Shown: positions 1-8,838, counted from the first letter of the stretch. The stretch is 64,000 nucleotides of DNA from an uncultured Dehalococcoidia bacterium (GCA_964492335.1 CAZBJX010000006.1:1963-65962), one strand, 5' to 3'. Made by a program: numbers and translations. The notes: generated by a model from the letters alone, not told the origin.

Positions 1-2436
1 AAGGCGGTCCGCGATGCCCGCGGCATTGAGGACAGGGTCAAGGAGATACTGGAGAAGGACTTCGTTGAGAGCCGCTATGCCCAGTTCGGGGCCTCGCTTA
101 ACATAATGCCGGATGCAGCTGACCTCGAGGACTGGGACCGCGTTCTGCTGGAGAGGTACGAGCCTCTGTACGGGGCCGTACAGGACTCATGCACTGACTG
201 CGAGCTGGGCCCCTGCCGGCTGAAGGAAGGAGACGGCCGGTGCGGCCTCACCCTGGCGGCCTATCAGGGGAAGCTGAGCCTGCGGAAGGCCTGCCGGGGC
301 TGCGTCTCGCAGATGATGGTTACCCGGCAGCAGCTGAACCACGCTCTGAAGCTGTGGAACGAGGACACACCGGTCAGCATGGGTGACCTGCTCGGCATGT
401 CCGACGCCTGCCCGCCGGTGGGGCTGGTGAGCGGCATCTACGTGAAGACCCTGAAGGACCTGAACGTGGCGGTCTCCTATGGCGAGGACCAGCTGGCCAG
501 GCTCACCGAGGCAGCCTGGTCGGGCACCGGCGACAACCTCAACTTCGAGAGCATGGCCATGCATGCCGGGTCCATCCTGCTTCTGGCCATGGGGGCCTCC
601 GAGATGCTCAAGGTCTCCTGCTTCGGCTGCATGTCGGCTGCCAAGCAGAGGATCGATGAGCTGGAGAACTTCCCCCCGGCGAAGGTGTCCGGGGGATGGG
701 CCTCGGTAGAGCCGGGCAAGCCCGTAATCGCCTTTGCCGGCGATGACTTCCTTCCGGCCTGGTGCGCCGTTGAATACCTCAAGCGGACCGAATCCCTGGA
801 CAAGGTGGAGATATGCGGCATCGGCCCGGCGGGCGACGACACCGCCCGCTTCTATGACAAGGTCCACATCATGGCCCCGATGGTGCGGGCCGGCAAGGCC
901 GTCCGCAACGGGGTGTTCGATGTGCTGGTGGCCGGGACGGCCTGCCTGCCGCTGGACCTGGCCGCCGAGGCGGCCAGGGTGGACACGCGGTTCATATGGG
1001 TGGCGCCGCGGGGCGTGGCGGGCCTGGTGGACCGGACCGAAGACCCTGTGGACGAGATAGTGGCGGGGATGGTGGGCAACGTGAAGTCGGCCTGGGTCCG
1101 GGATGTGGAGAAGGCGGCCGAGGTGGCGGTGAAGGTGGCGCAGGCGGTGAAGCGCAACAAGGTGGGCCTGCTGGACGATCAGGCGGCCGCGGCCGAGGCA
1201 GGGAAGTGCCTTCCTGACTGCGACCGCTGCTCCATGGCCTGTCCCAACAGCCTGCCCGTCTCCAGGGCCGTCAGGTCGCTGGTTGCCGGCCAGTGGGAAG
1301 GCTTCTTCGAAGTGGAGAAGGGGTGCTACTTCTGCGGGAAGTGCGAGGCGGCCTGCCCGGCCGGGGTTAAGCTGCGAGATATCATCGTGGCGGCGGAGCG
1401 CAAGCAGGCTGAGAAGGACAAGTTCGTGATGAGGCCCGGCCGGGGACCGCTGCCGCTGACCGAGATCCTGCAGTCGGCGTTCTCCATGGTCTGGGGCAAC
1501 GCCCCCGGCATCGTGATCATAGCGGGCTGCGGCGACGCCCCCAGGGAGGAGATCGGCTGGCTGGCCTATGAGCTGACCAGGAGGAACTGCATCGTCTTCA
1601 CCGCCGGGTGCGGCGCCGGGGAGCTGGCCCGGCACTACATCGACAGCAAGGGCAAGTACCTGTTCGAGCCATACCTGGCCTCGATTGAGCCCCGCTCCCT
1701 GATCAACTGCGGCGGGTGCACCGCCATCAGCCTGGCCAACAACATGTACATGTACTCGCGGGCGGCCGGCGGCATCCCCCTGTATGGCGGCATACCGGAG
1801 GTGGGTGAAGGCTCTCTCTACACCACCTTCTCCCTGCTGCTCTGGGGGGCCGTGCCCGACCGGATGTACGCGGCGGCGGCGGCCTACGCCCGCCTGGGGA
1901 TCAGGGTGGTGGTGGGCCCGGCCTCCGGATGGGGCTGGGGCCGCTACCTGCCGGGGGACCGCTACGACCGGAGCAAGTGGTGGGTCTACCACGGTGACGA
2001 CGGGCGGAAGAGGGAGGTGGAGCCGGTGCCGGAGCACCTGCTCATACCGGTGGAAACCAAGGAAGAGGCCCTCACCATGATACCGCGGATGTTCTTCAGC
2101 ACCTCCGAGATGCGGGAAGGGCGGGCCGCGCGCATGGACTTCTTCATGGAGCTGTACCGCATCTTCTACAACGAGATGCCCCAGGACTGGCATCTACTGG
2201 TGCGCTCTCACCTGGACATCCCCATGAGGCACCGCATCAAGCTGATCAAGGTGCTTCGAGAGGAGTTCGGCTGGGAAGGGGACGGGCTGACGGTCTCCAG
2301 GGCCCGGAACCGGGACGGCAAGCTGCTGACGCTTTCGGAGTTCAATACCAGCTACGGAATGGAGCTGGGCCGGTACCATGCCCGCCTGAAGAGGCTGCTG
2401 CCCAACAGCGTGAAGCAGAAGCTCGCGGAAACCTAG
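1..2436 (+). CDS. cdhA: Ni-dependent CO dehydrogenase catalytic subunit, archaeal CdhA-type with internal 2x[4Fe-4S] ferredoxin insert (5' partial; frame is open from nt 1, first ATG at 106)
   Basis: The N-terminal motif CTDCELGPCRL...RCG matches the CooS/CdhA B/D-cluster Cys motif (CxxCxxGPCR). Conserved blocks include VEICGIGP, IIAGCGDA, FTAGCGAGEL and INCGGCTAISLANN. The central CLPDCDRCSMACP and CYFCGKCEAACP are two ferredoxin CxxCxxCxxxCP motifs typical of CdhA. There is no SD before ATG 106 and frame 1 is open to the window edge. Confidence 0.7.
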   Translation, partial: KAVRDARGIEDRVKEILEKDFVESRYAQFGASLNIMPDAADLEDWDRVLLERYEPLYGAVQDSCTDCELGPCRLKEGDGRCGLTLAAYQGKLSLRKACRGCVSQMMVTRQQLNHALKLWNEDTPVSMGDLLGMSDACPPVGLVSGIYVKTLKDLNVAVSYGEDQLARLTEAAWSGTGDNLNFESMAMHAGSILLLAMGASEMLKVSCFGCMSAAKQRIDELENFPPAKVSGGWASVEPGKPVIAFAGDDFLPAWCAVEYLKRTESLDKVEICGIGPAGDDTARFYDKVHIMAPMVRAGKAVRNGVFDVLVAGTACLPLDLAAEAARVDTRFIWVAPRGVAGLVDRTEDPVDEIVAGMVGNVKSAWVRDVEKAAEVAVKVAQAVKRNKVGLLDDQAAAAEAGKCLPDCDRCSMACPNSLPVSRAVRSLVAGQWEGFFEVEKGCYFCGKCEAACPAGVKLRDIIVAAERKQAEKDKFVMRPGRGPLPLTEILQSAFSMVWGNAPGIVIIAGCGDAPREEIGWLAYELTRRNCIVFTAGCGAGELARHYIDSKGKYLFEPYLASIEPRSLINCGGCTAISLANNMYMYSRAAGGIPLYGGIPEVGEGSLYTTFSLLLWGAVPDRMYAAAAAYARLGIRVVVGPASGWGWGRYLPGDRYDRSKWWVYHGDDGRKREVEPVPEHLLIPVETKEEALTMIPRMFFSTSEMREGRAARMDFFMELYRIFYNEMPQDWHLLVRSHLDIPMRHRIKLIKVLREEFGWEGDGLTVSRARNRDGKLLTLSEFNTSYGMELGRYHARLKRLLPNSVKQKLAET

Positions 2437-2459
2437 ACGCGGCGTGGAGGACCTGTTGC

Positions 2460-2492
2460 GCGCCGGGCCCGCCGGGCCCGGCGCTTCTTCGT
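2460..2492 (+). terminator. Intrinsic terminator after cdhA-like gene: 10-bp GC stem (gcgccgggcc / ggcccggcgc), 5-nt loop, then TTCTTCGTGT
   Basis: Perfect inverted repeat at 2460-2469 / 2475-2484 followed by a T-rich tract, 24 nt after the stop at 2434-2436. Confidence 0.5.
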
Positions 2493-2516
2493 GTCCGGCG
2501 CCCCGGGGGATGCTCT

Positions 2517-2545
2517 TTGAGTATCAAACCGGAGTTGGGTAAACT
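2517..2545 (+). promoter_or_regulatory. Sigma70-like promoter for propeller surface protein: -35 TTGAGT (2517-2522), 17-nt spacer, -10 TAAACT (2540-2545); SD GGGAGG 8 nt before ATG 2564
   Basis: Hexamer spacing and position relative to the start codon; lower-GC island in an otherwise GC-rich region. Confidence 0.35.
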
Positions 2546-2563
2546 AGTCAGGGAGGAAATGCC

Positions 2564-5020
2564 ATGCTACGCATAAGGCCACAAGCGCCCTGGCTGGTCC
2601 TGGTAACGGTGTTTGTCCTGTCCCTGGCGGCCTTCCTGCCCCCGGCAGCGCCGGCGGGCGCGACGACCATCGTCAGCCCTGACGGATGGGGGTGGCAGAA
2701 CCCCCTGCCCCAGGGGAATGCCCTGCGCGGAGTCTGGGGCAGCGCTTCCGACAACATCTACGCCGTGGGAGCCGGCGGCACCATCATTCACTATGATGGC
2801 AGCGCTTGGGCGCCCATGGCCAGCGTCACCGGCCACCTGCTCTTCGGTCTGTGGGGCAGCTCGGCCACCGACATCTTCGCGGTGGGCAACGCCGGGACCA
2901 TCCTCCACTACGACGGCTCCGGCTGGAGCGCCATGACCAGCAGCACGGGCAGGGACCTGTACGGGGTCTGGGGCAGTGCTTCCGACAACGTCTACGCCGT
3001 GGGCGGCGGCGGCACCATACTCAACTACGATGGGGCGAAGTGGCTTACAGTGGCCAGCGGCACCTCCAGCTCCCTCAATGCCGTGTGGGGCAGCTCCTCC
3101 ACGGATGTCTTTGCCGTGGGCGCCGCCGGGACCATCCTCCACTACGACGGCTCCGGCTGGAGCGCCATGGCCGGCGACAGGCCGCCCTGCCTGCACGGGG
3201 TGTGGGGCCGGTCCCCCACGGATGTCTTCGCCGTGGGCTACCTCGGTGTCATCCTCCACTACGACGGCGTGGGCTGGAGCGCCATGGCCGGCGGCACGAC
3301 CGCCTATCTCCATGGCGTCTGGGGCGGCTCCTCCCCCGACGTCTACGCCGTGGGCAGCAATGGCACCATACTGCGCTACGACGGTGCCGGCTGGAGCGCC
3401 ATGACCAGCGTCGCCGCCGAAAGCATCTACGGGGTATGGGGCAGCTCGGCCGCGGATGTCTACGCGGTGGGGTACGAGGGGGCCGTGCTGCACTACGACG
3501 GCAGCGCCTGGGCCTCTGCGGGCGGGGTCACCCGGAACAACCTCTCCGGCGTCTGGTGGGCGGCATCGGACAATGTCTTCGCCGTCGGGGACGGCGGCAC
3601 CATCCTGCGCTACGACGGCATCTCCTGGAGCGGCATGAGCAGCGGCACGTCCAGCGGGCTGCACGGCATCTGGGGCGCTTCCACGGACAACGTCTTCGCC
3701 GTCGGGGACAACGGCACCATCCTGCGCTACGACGGCATCTCCTGGAGCGCCATGGCCAGCGGCACGTCCAGCGGGCTGCGGGGCATGTGGGGCGCTTCTC
3801 CGGACAACGTCTTCGCCGTCGGGGACAACGGCACAGCTCTCCGCTTCGACGGGAGCACCTGGAGCGCCACGGGGGACAATGCCACCGTGGCGGGCCTGCA
3901 CGGGGTCTGGGGCGCTTCCCCGGATAGCGTCTGGGCCGTCGGCGCGAGCGGCGTCATACTCCGCTACGACGGCACCTCCTGGAGCGCCATGACCAGCGGC
4001 ACGGGCGAGGACCTGCACGGGGTCTGGGGCGCTTCCTCGGACAACATCTATGCCGTGGGCGGCCGGGGCACCATTCTGAACTACGATGGCACCGCCTGGA
4101 CCCGGATGACCGGCGATTCCGAGGGCGACCTGTACGGGGTCTGGGGCAGCGCCCCCGACAACGTCTGGGCCGTCGGCGGGAGCGGCGCCATACTCCGCTA
4201 CGACGGCAGCGCCTGGAGGGCCGTGACCAGCGGCGCGGCCAGTGACCTGCGCTCCGTTCAGGGCGGCGCCTCGCCGGATGTCTTCGTGGTGGGTGAAGGC
4301 GGCACCATCCTGCACTACCCGGAGGCCTCGGCCGTGCCGCCGGCAATCGCCTCCGTCAGCCCTGCCGAGGCCACCCTGGACTCGGAGAACATCACCGTGA
4401 CCATCTCGGGGGCCTATCTGCTGGGGGCCACGGCGGTGGACCTGGGTGCGGGAGTGACCGTGGAGAACTTCACTGTGGAGGACAGCAGCTGGATAGCGGC
4501 CGTAATAGATATTGACAGCTCGGCGGCGGTCGGCAGCCGGGACGTGGTGGTCACCACGGCCGCCGGCACCGGTAGGCTGCCGGGGGGGTTCAACGTGAAG
4601 CTGCCCTCGCCGGCGCTATCGATCGTTGATCCGCAGGAAGGCCACCCGGGGCAGTCGCTGACGGTGGAGATCACCGGCATGCGCCTGTCAGGCGCCACGG
4701 CGGTCAGCCTCGGCACCGGCATCACCGTGGACAACTTCACGGTGGCCGGCGACACCCTGGTACAGGCCAGCATCACCATCGACGGCTCGGCCGGTTACGG
4801 GGTGAGGAACGTCTCGGTGACGACGCCGGCCGGCAATGGCACCCTGGCCAGCGGCTTCAGCGTTGTCCGCGAGGCGGGGGGTGGTGCGGGCAGCCGCACC
4901 CGGGTCTGGATCGTGGTCGGCGTGGCTGCGGCCGCGCTGCTGGCAGGCGGTGCGGGGGCCTTCGTCGTCAAGAAGAAGCGGTCTCAGCAGAAGGCGGCCC
5001 GGCGTCTGAAGAGAAGGTAG
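2564..5020 (+). CDS. Secreted, C-terminally membrane-anchored surface protein. It has a signal peptide, 14 tandem ~39-40 aa Asp-box/BNR-like beta-propeller blades (probably two 7-bladed propellers), two ~90 aa Ig-like (IPT/TIG-like) domains, a TM helix and a basic KKKRSQQKAARRLKRR tail
   Basis: N-terminal hydrophobic signal MLRIRPQAPWLVLVTVFVLSLAAF. Repeat consensus L-x-G-V-W-G-s-s-x-D-V-F-A-V-G-x-x-G-T-I-L-H-Y-D-G-S-G-W-S-A-M occurs 14 times; YDGSxW resembles the S-x-D-x-G-x-T-W Asp-box. Two repeated segments (ATAVDLGAGVTVENFTV... / ATAVSLGTGITVDNFTV...) precede VWIVVGVAAAALLAGGAGAFVV plus a poly-basic tail. GGGAGG SD lies 8 nt upstream. Confidence 0.85.
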   Translation: MLRIRPQAPWLVLVTVFVLSLAAFLPPAAPAGATTIVSPDGWGWQNPLPQGNALRGVWGSASDNIYAVGAGGTIIHYDGSAWAPMASVTGHLLFGLWGSSATDIFAVGNAGTILHYDGSGWSAMTSSTGRDLYGVWGSASDNVYAVGGGGTILNYDGAKWLTVASGTSSSLNAVWGSSSTDVFAVGAAGTILHYDGSGWSAMAGDRPPCLHGVWGRSPTDVFAVGYLGVILHYDGVGWSAMAGGTTAYLHGVWGGSSPDVYAVGSNGTILRYDGAGWSAMTSVAAESIYGVWGSSAADVYAVGYEGAVLHYDGSAWASAGGVTRNNLSGVWWAASDNVFAVGDGGTILRYDGISWSGMSSGTSSGLHGIWGASTDNVFAVGDNGTILRYDGISWSAMASGTSSGLRGMWGASPDNVFAVGDNGTALRFDGSTWSATGDNATVAGLHGVWGASPDSVWAVGASGVILRYDGTSWSAMTSGTGEDLHGVWGASSDNIYAVGGRGTILNYDGTAWTRMTGDSEGDLYGVWGSAPDNVWAVGGSGAILRYDGSAWRAVTSGAASDLRSVQGGASPDVFVVGEGGTILHYPEASAVPPAIASVSPAEATLDSENITVTISGAYLLGATAVDLGAGVTVENFTVEDSSWIAAVIDIDSSAAVGSRDVVVTTAAGTGRLPGGFNVKLPSPALSIVDPQEGHPGQSLTVEITGMRLSGATAVSLGTGITVDNFTVAGDTLVQASITIDGSAGYGVRNVSVTTPAGNGTLASGFSVVREAGGGAGSRTRVWIVVGVAAAALLAGGAGAFVVKKKRSQQKAARRLKRR
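2720..4320 (+). repeat. In-frame tandem array of 14 x ~117-120 bp units encoding the propeller blades
   Basis: Periodic recurrence of ggggtctggggc...gacggc...tggagcgccatg motifs at 117-120 bp spacing throughout the segment. Confidence 0.8.
3596..3829 (+). repeat. Near-identical direct duplication of one 117-bp blade unit (copies 3596-3712 and 3713-3829, ~92% identical; other blades are far more diverged)
   Basis: Both copies read ggcaccatcctgcgctacgacggcatctcctggagc...aacgtcttcgccgtcggggacaac. They encode GTILRYDGISWSGMSSGTSSGLHGIWGASTDNVFAVGDN and GTILRYDGISWSAMASGTSSGLRGMWGASPDNVFAVGDN. Confidence 0.8.
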
Positions 5021-5101
5021 CGCAGGCGCCTTCGGCCGCCGCGGCAGGATTGCCCGTCAGGCCGCACCCATTGATGTGTCACAGGTTGCCGGCGGGACGC
5101 C

Positions 5102-5779
5102 TCAGGATGCGCGGAAGGCGCCCACTTCGTCCCGGAGCCAACCGGTCCAGGCGTCCAGGCCCTCGCCCGTCTTGCAGGATACGGCCAGGATGCGGATGCC
5201 GGAGTTCAGGGCCCGCACCCTCTCCTCGACGGCGTTGAAGTCGAAATCGAACAGGCCCAGCGCGTCTATCTTGTTGAGCACCAGGACATCGCACACGCTG
5301 AACATCAGGGGGTACTTCAGGGGCTTGTCATCCCCCTCCGGTATGCTGAGGATCATGGCGCTCCTGGCGGCCCCGGTATCGAACTCCGCCGGGCAGACCA
5401 GGTTCCCCACGTTCTCTATGATGACCAGGTCCAGGTCCTGCGGCCCCATAGCATCCAGGCCCTCCGCCACCATGGCGGCGTCGAGGTGGCAGAAACCCCC
5501 AGTCCGGAGCTGCACCACCTTCACGCCGCGGGCGGCCACCTTCTCGGAGTCCACGGTGGAGGCGATGTCGGCCTCGATGATGCCGATGCGGAGCTCATCG
5601 CGGAGCGCGTCGATGGTCCGCAGCACCAGGCTGGTCTTGCCGGATCCCGGAGAAGACATCAGGTTGAGCATGAAGGTCCCCGTCCCACGGAGCCTCTCCC
5701 TCAGCCTGGCGGCTAATGCCTGGCTCTCGGAGAGTATGCCCTCCTTGACCTCGATCATCCGTATTTCCCTGGCGTCCAT
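5102..5779 (-). CDS. hypB: Hydrogenase/nickel-enzyme maturation GTPase HypB (start trimmed to ATG at 5777-5779, overlapping the hypA stop in TGATG)
   Basis: GSPGSGKT P-loop and ENVGNLVCP motif typical of HypB/UreG-family G3E GTPases. The track ORF 5102..5857 has a spurious N-extension; the internal Met sits at the translationally coupled TGATG junction with hypA. Confidence 0.9.
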   Translation of the reverse strand: MDAREIRMIEVKEGILSESQALAARLRERLRGTGTFMLNLMSSPGSGKTSLVLRTIDALRDELRIGIIEADIASTVDSEKVAARGVKVVQLRTGGFCHLDAAMVAEGLDAMGPQDLDLVIIENVGNLVCPAEFDTGAARSAMILSIPEGDDKPLKYPLMFSVCDVLVLNKIDALGLFDFDFNAVEERVRALNSGIRILAVSCKTGEGLDAWTGWLRDEVGAFRAS

Positions 5780-6129
5780 CAGACCACCTCCATGCTGTCC
5801 ACAGTGTACTCGCGCCCGGAGACATAGGCGAACTCGGTGGCCCGGCACCCGGGGCATTCCACCTTCCCCCCCCGGCGGAGGTCAACCGGGAACACCTCCG
5901 AGCATTTCTGGCAGCGGACCATCAGCGGCACCCTCTCTATCCTGAGGCGGGCGCCTTCCGCGACGGTCCCCCTGGCCACGAAGTCGAAGTAGCGCTGTAT
6001 CCACTCGTCCTGCAGGTCGGAGGCCTCGCCCACCTTGAGATTGACGGCGATGATCTTCTTAGCGCCGTTGGCGGTGGCGTGCCTCATGCAGATATCGAAC
6101 ATGCTCTGGACTATGGGCAGCTCATGCAT
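5779..6129 (-). CDS. hypA: Hydrogenase nickel incorporation protein HypA (zinc finger CxxC...CxxC)
   Basis: MHELPIVQSMFDI N-terminus; CQKCSEVF...CPGC zinc motif; length 116 aa; stop overlaps the hypB start. Confidence 0.9.
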   Translation of the reverse strand: MHELPIVQSMFDICMRHATANGAKKIIAVNLKVGEASDLQDEWIQRYFDFVARGTVAEGARLRIERVPLMVRCQKCSEVFPVDLRRGGKVECPGCRATEFAYVSGREYTVDSMEVV

Positions 6130-6152
6130 GGGTGGACCTCATGGGTGGACCT
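6127..6152. repeat. Tandem duplication of a 13-mer (CATGGGTGGACCT x2) that, on the minus strand, duplicates the hypA SD-spacer-ATG module (GAGGTCCACCC-ATG twice)
   Basis: The sequence catgggtggacct recurs immediately at 6127-6139 and 6140-6152, between the AOR stop (6152-6154) and the hypA start (6127-6129). Confidence 0.6.
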
Positions 6153-8071
6153 CATGGCCGGGCCAGGCCGCGGGAGGCCAGGTCTGCGGCCACATCCGCC
6201 AGCCCCAGCGCCCTGAGCCCGGCCACGGTCGGCAGGCCGCTGGGCACGTCCCAGCCACGCAGGGCGTAGAACTGGCTCTTCATGTCCTCGAACTTCTGCC
6301 GGTCGAGCACCTGCCCCTTCCGCGAAAGCACCTCCCCGTTCTTCCCGGGGACAAGGCATTCCTTGACGGTCCAATCGTTCTTGAGGGGCGTCGTGAAGTA
6401 GAACTGGGCCAGGTTGTCGGTCTGGCGGCCGCGCCCTCCCTCGCGCAGCAGCACCGCCCGCTGCAGATTGGCAATTCTCTCGCCGACGCGGTCCAGGTCC
6501 TGCTCACTGAAGGGCTTTCCCACTATGGCCGAGAGCAGCCGGCTCTCGATGGCCGGGTCGCCAACGTGGTCTTCGGTGTATTCGCTGTCGGAAATGGGGA
6601 ACATCCACAGGCAGAGGACCAGGCAGTCGCTGCTGTAGGCGCGGTCCTGCACTATCCTGGCCGCCAGCGCCTTGCCATCGTACGTGGAGAAGTCCACCGC
6701 CTGCTCACCGCCCCAGAACCGGCGGCCGATGGCACGCATCACCTCCCCGTTCAGGTAGGCTCCCGGCTTGCCGGTGGCGAAGTCCGACCAGAGGCACCCG
6801 CCATGCCCCAGTACCTGCGATGTCTGCGACGGGCAGTACCTGGGCTCCATGATGTATGTGAGGCCGGTGTAGAGCAGCAGCCTGGGATCGAGGCTCATGA
6901 CGTGCCCCAGGCTGTCGCAGACCGAGGCCTCCAGGACCCGGCTGGCCCCCAGCCTCTCGGCGGCCCTGACCGGGCCCAGGGCCAGGGCCTGGCCGATCCC
7001 CTCCTTCATCACCACCTTCCGCAGCAGGGTCTGCATGAACTCCAGGCTCCCGATCCTGGATATGGGGACCCCCGCCTCCTTCTCCGAGATGAGCCCGGCG
7101 GCTGCGCCGCGCCCCAGCAGCGTGATGGTGGTGGTCACGCTGTGCACGTCGACACCATAGTCATCGCAGAGCCTGTTGACCAGAAAGGGCACATCGGTGG
7201 GCCGGCCGTAGTACTTCCTGGCCACCGCCTGGTAGAAGGCCCCTCCCGCGCAGGCGAACTTGCCGCTGGTCCCATCCTTGATCTGGTGGGTCAGCCTCAT
7301 GTCGCAGCCTATGCAGGCGTAGCAGGGATCGCGCATGGCCTCCGGGGGCGCTTCCAGCATGGGGTCGACCCGGGGGGTGGTCCCCAGCAGGTGCTTCATC
7401 CGGGCGGTTATTCCCCTCAGCGCCTGGCGGTCCGCAGGCCCGGGGTGCCGGCTGCCGGACACCGCTATGGCCTTGAGCTTCTTGGACCCCATGACGGCGC
7501 CGAAGCCGGCGCCGCCGAATGCATCGCCGTCGGCCAGGATTCCGGCAAAGAGCACCTGGCTCTCGCCGGCCTGGCCTATGGCCGCCACCCTGGCAGCCTG
7601 CCCCAGCTCCCCTTTCAGCAGGCTGCGGGTTTCTACAGCCCCCCTCCCCCACAGCGATGAGGCATCCCTGATCCGGGCGGCGCCGTCCTGCACGAAGAGG
7701 TAGACCGGCCTTTCCGACTGACCATAGACTATGACGCCGTCGAAGCCGGCGGCTTTCAGGAATGCCCCCCAGCTCCCGGCCATGGTGGCGTAGGAGAACC
7801 CCTGGGGGCTTCCCGCCGGCGACCGGCCGTTGACCCACCAGCGCGCCCCGGCCGGGGCGATCCCTGTGGCCGGCCCGGTCATGAAGACGAGGCGGTTGCC
7901 GGGGTCGAAGGGGCCGACATCGGGCCCCACCTCGTCCCAGTAGACCTTGGTGCCGATGCCCCTGCCGCCCACGAACTTCTCCGCGTAGTCGCTGGTGGGT
8001 ACGACCGTGGTGACGCCCGACGACAGGTCCACCCGGAGAAGCCTTCCCGCGTACCCGTTGTCCACTTCCAT
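6152..8071 (-). CDS. aor: Tungsten-containing aldehyde:ferredoxin oxidoreductase (AOR family); start trimmed to MEVDNGYAGRLLRVDLSSG (ATG 8069-8071)
   Basis: N-terminus M-x-x-x-x-GY-x-G-R-L-L-R-V-D-L-S typical of AOR. Full-length (~639 aa) similarity pattern to the AOR/FOR family, including the CYACIGCDM-type 4Fe-4S Cys block. Track ORF 6152..8254 is over-extended by 61 codons. Confidence 0.85.
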   Translation of the reverse strand: MEVDNGYAGRLLRVDLSSGVTTVVPTSDYAEKFVGGRGIGTKVYWDEVGPDVGPFDPGNRLVFMTGPATGIAPAGARWWVNGRSPAGSPQGFSYATMAGSWGAFLKAAGFDGVIVYGQSERPVYLFVQDGAARIRDASSLWGRGAVETRSLLKGELGQAARVAAIGQAGESQVLFAGILADGDAFGGAGFGAVMGSKKLKAIAVSGSRHPGPADRQALRGITARMKHLLGTTPRVDPMLEAPPEAMRDPCYACIGCDMRLTHQIKDGTSGKFACAGGAFYQAVARKYYGRPTDVPFLVNRLCDDYGVDVHSVTTTITLLGRGAAAGLISEKEAGVPISRIGSLEFMQTLLRKVVMKEGIGQALALGPVRAAERLGASRVLEASVCDSLGHVMSLDPRLLLYTGLTYIMEPRYCPSQTSQVLGHGGCLWSDFATGKPGAYLNGEVMRAIGRRFWGGEQAVDFSTYDGKALAARIVQDRAYSSDCLVLCLWMFPISDSEYTEDHVGDPAIESRLLSAIVGKPFSEQDLDRVGERIANLQRAVLLREGGRGRQTDNLAQFYFTTPLKNDWTVKECLVPGKNGEVLSRKGQVLDRQKFEDMKSQFYALRGWDVPSGLPTVAGLRALGLADVAADLASRGLARP

Positions 8072-8343
8072 AGCACCTGGCCCGCCGGCGGCCCGGCCTG
8101 CTGAAGGCCCGAGCCGCCCGGTCCTCCATTGTACCCGAATACAGGCGGGGGTGATCAAGCCCTGAGGGCAGCGGCCCATCATCCTACGCGATCGATTCCG
8201 GCCTTGATTGACGCTGGTTTGGCGGCGATGGTAGTCTGGGAAACGCCCCGCCACCGCGAGTTGAGCTTGCCGTACAGCGATGGAAGGGCCCCGGCCTGAG
8301 CACGTATGTTGTACCGCCGGTTCCGGCGGAGAGGAGGCAGACC

Positions 8344-8838
8344 ATGTCCGAGTCTACAGAGGTCCAGGCGGTTGTCAGGCGGCTGGAGGACCTGGAAGCC
8401 ATCAAGCGCCTGAAGCACCGCTACATGCGCTGCGTGGACACCAAGCAGTGGGACGAGCTGGCCGGATGCTTCTGTCCGGACGCCACCACCGATTATGGCG
8501 GGAGGCACAAGCTCACCGGCGTGGAAGCGATCATCGGGTTCCTCAAGACCATGGAGTCGCCCGATATCATAACCATGCACCAGGTGCACCACCCGGAGAT
8601 CGAGCTGACCGGGCCCGGGAAGGCCAGCGCCACGTGGACGCTGGAGGACTACGTTATCAACCTGTCCAGGGGATGGTCGCTTCACGGGACCGCCCTGTAC
8701 CACGACATGTATGCCAAGGTGAACGGTGAGTGGAAGATCGAGCACACCGGGTACAAGCGCATCTTCTCGGAGACCTGGACGCGCTCGGACATCAAGAGTC
8801 TGAAGCTGACTGAGAGCATGTTCGGGCCGGTGAAGTAG
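8344..8838 (+). CDS. NTF2-like / SnoaL-like fold protein (BaiE 7-alpha-dehydratase-like / ketosteroid-isomerase-like superfamily)
   Basis: Size (164 aa) and pattern (RLEDLEAIKRLKHRYMRCVDTKQWDELAGCFCPDAT...) match SnoaL_2/NTF2-like domains. SD GAGAGGAGG precedes the ATG. Confidence 0.55.
   Translation: MSESTEVQAVVRRLEDLEAIKRLKHRYMRCVDTKQWDELAGCFCPDATTDYGGRHKLTGVEAIIGFLKTMESPDIITMHQVHHPEIELTGPGKASATWTLEDYVINLSRGWSLHGTALYHDMYAKVNGEWKIEHTGYKRIFSETWTRSDIKSLKLTESMFGPVK

Noticed and set aside
2567-4315. 582-aa minus-strand ORF (and several 100-370-aa plus-strand ORFs, e.g. 2806-3927) overlapping the propeller repeat region
   Set aside because: Antisense or alternate-frame artefacts of a GC-rich periodic coding region. 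Low-complexity Arg/Gly/Ala/Pro composition, no SD, and the plus-strand propeller protein has coherent domain architecture.
2720-4320. Possible CRISPR array suggested by regular ~117-120 bp periodicity
   Set aside because: The repeats are in-frame protein blade repeats with degenerate identity and no short conserved repeat/spacer alternation. No cas genes nearby.
6035-7660. 541-aa plus-strand ORF (and 7161-8129 minus alternate frame)
   Set aside because: Antisense or alternate frame of the AOR gene. No recognisable motifs.
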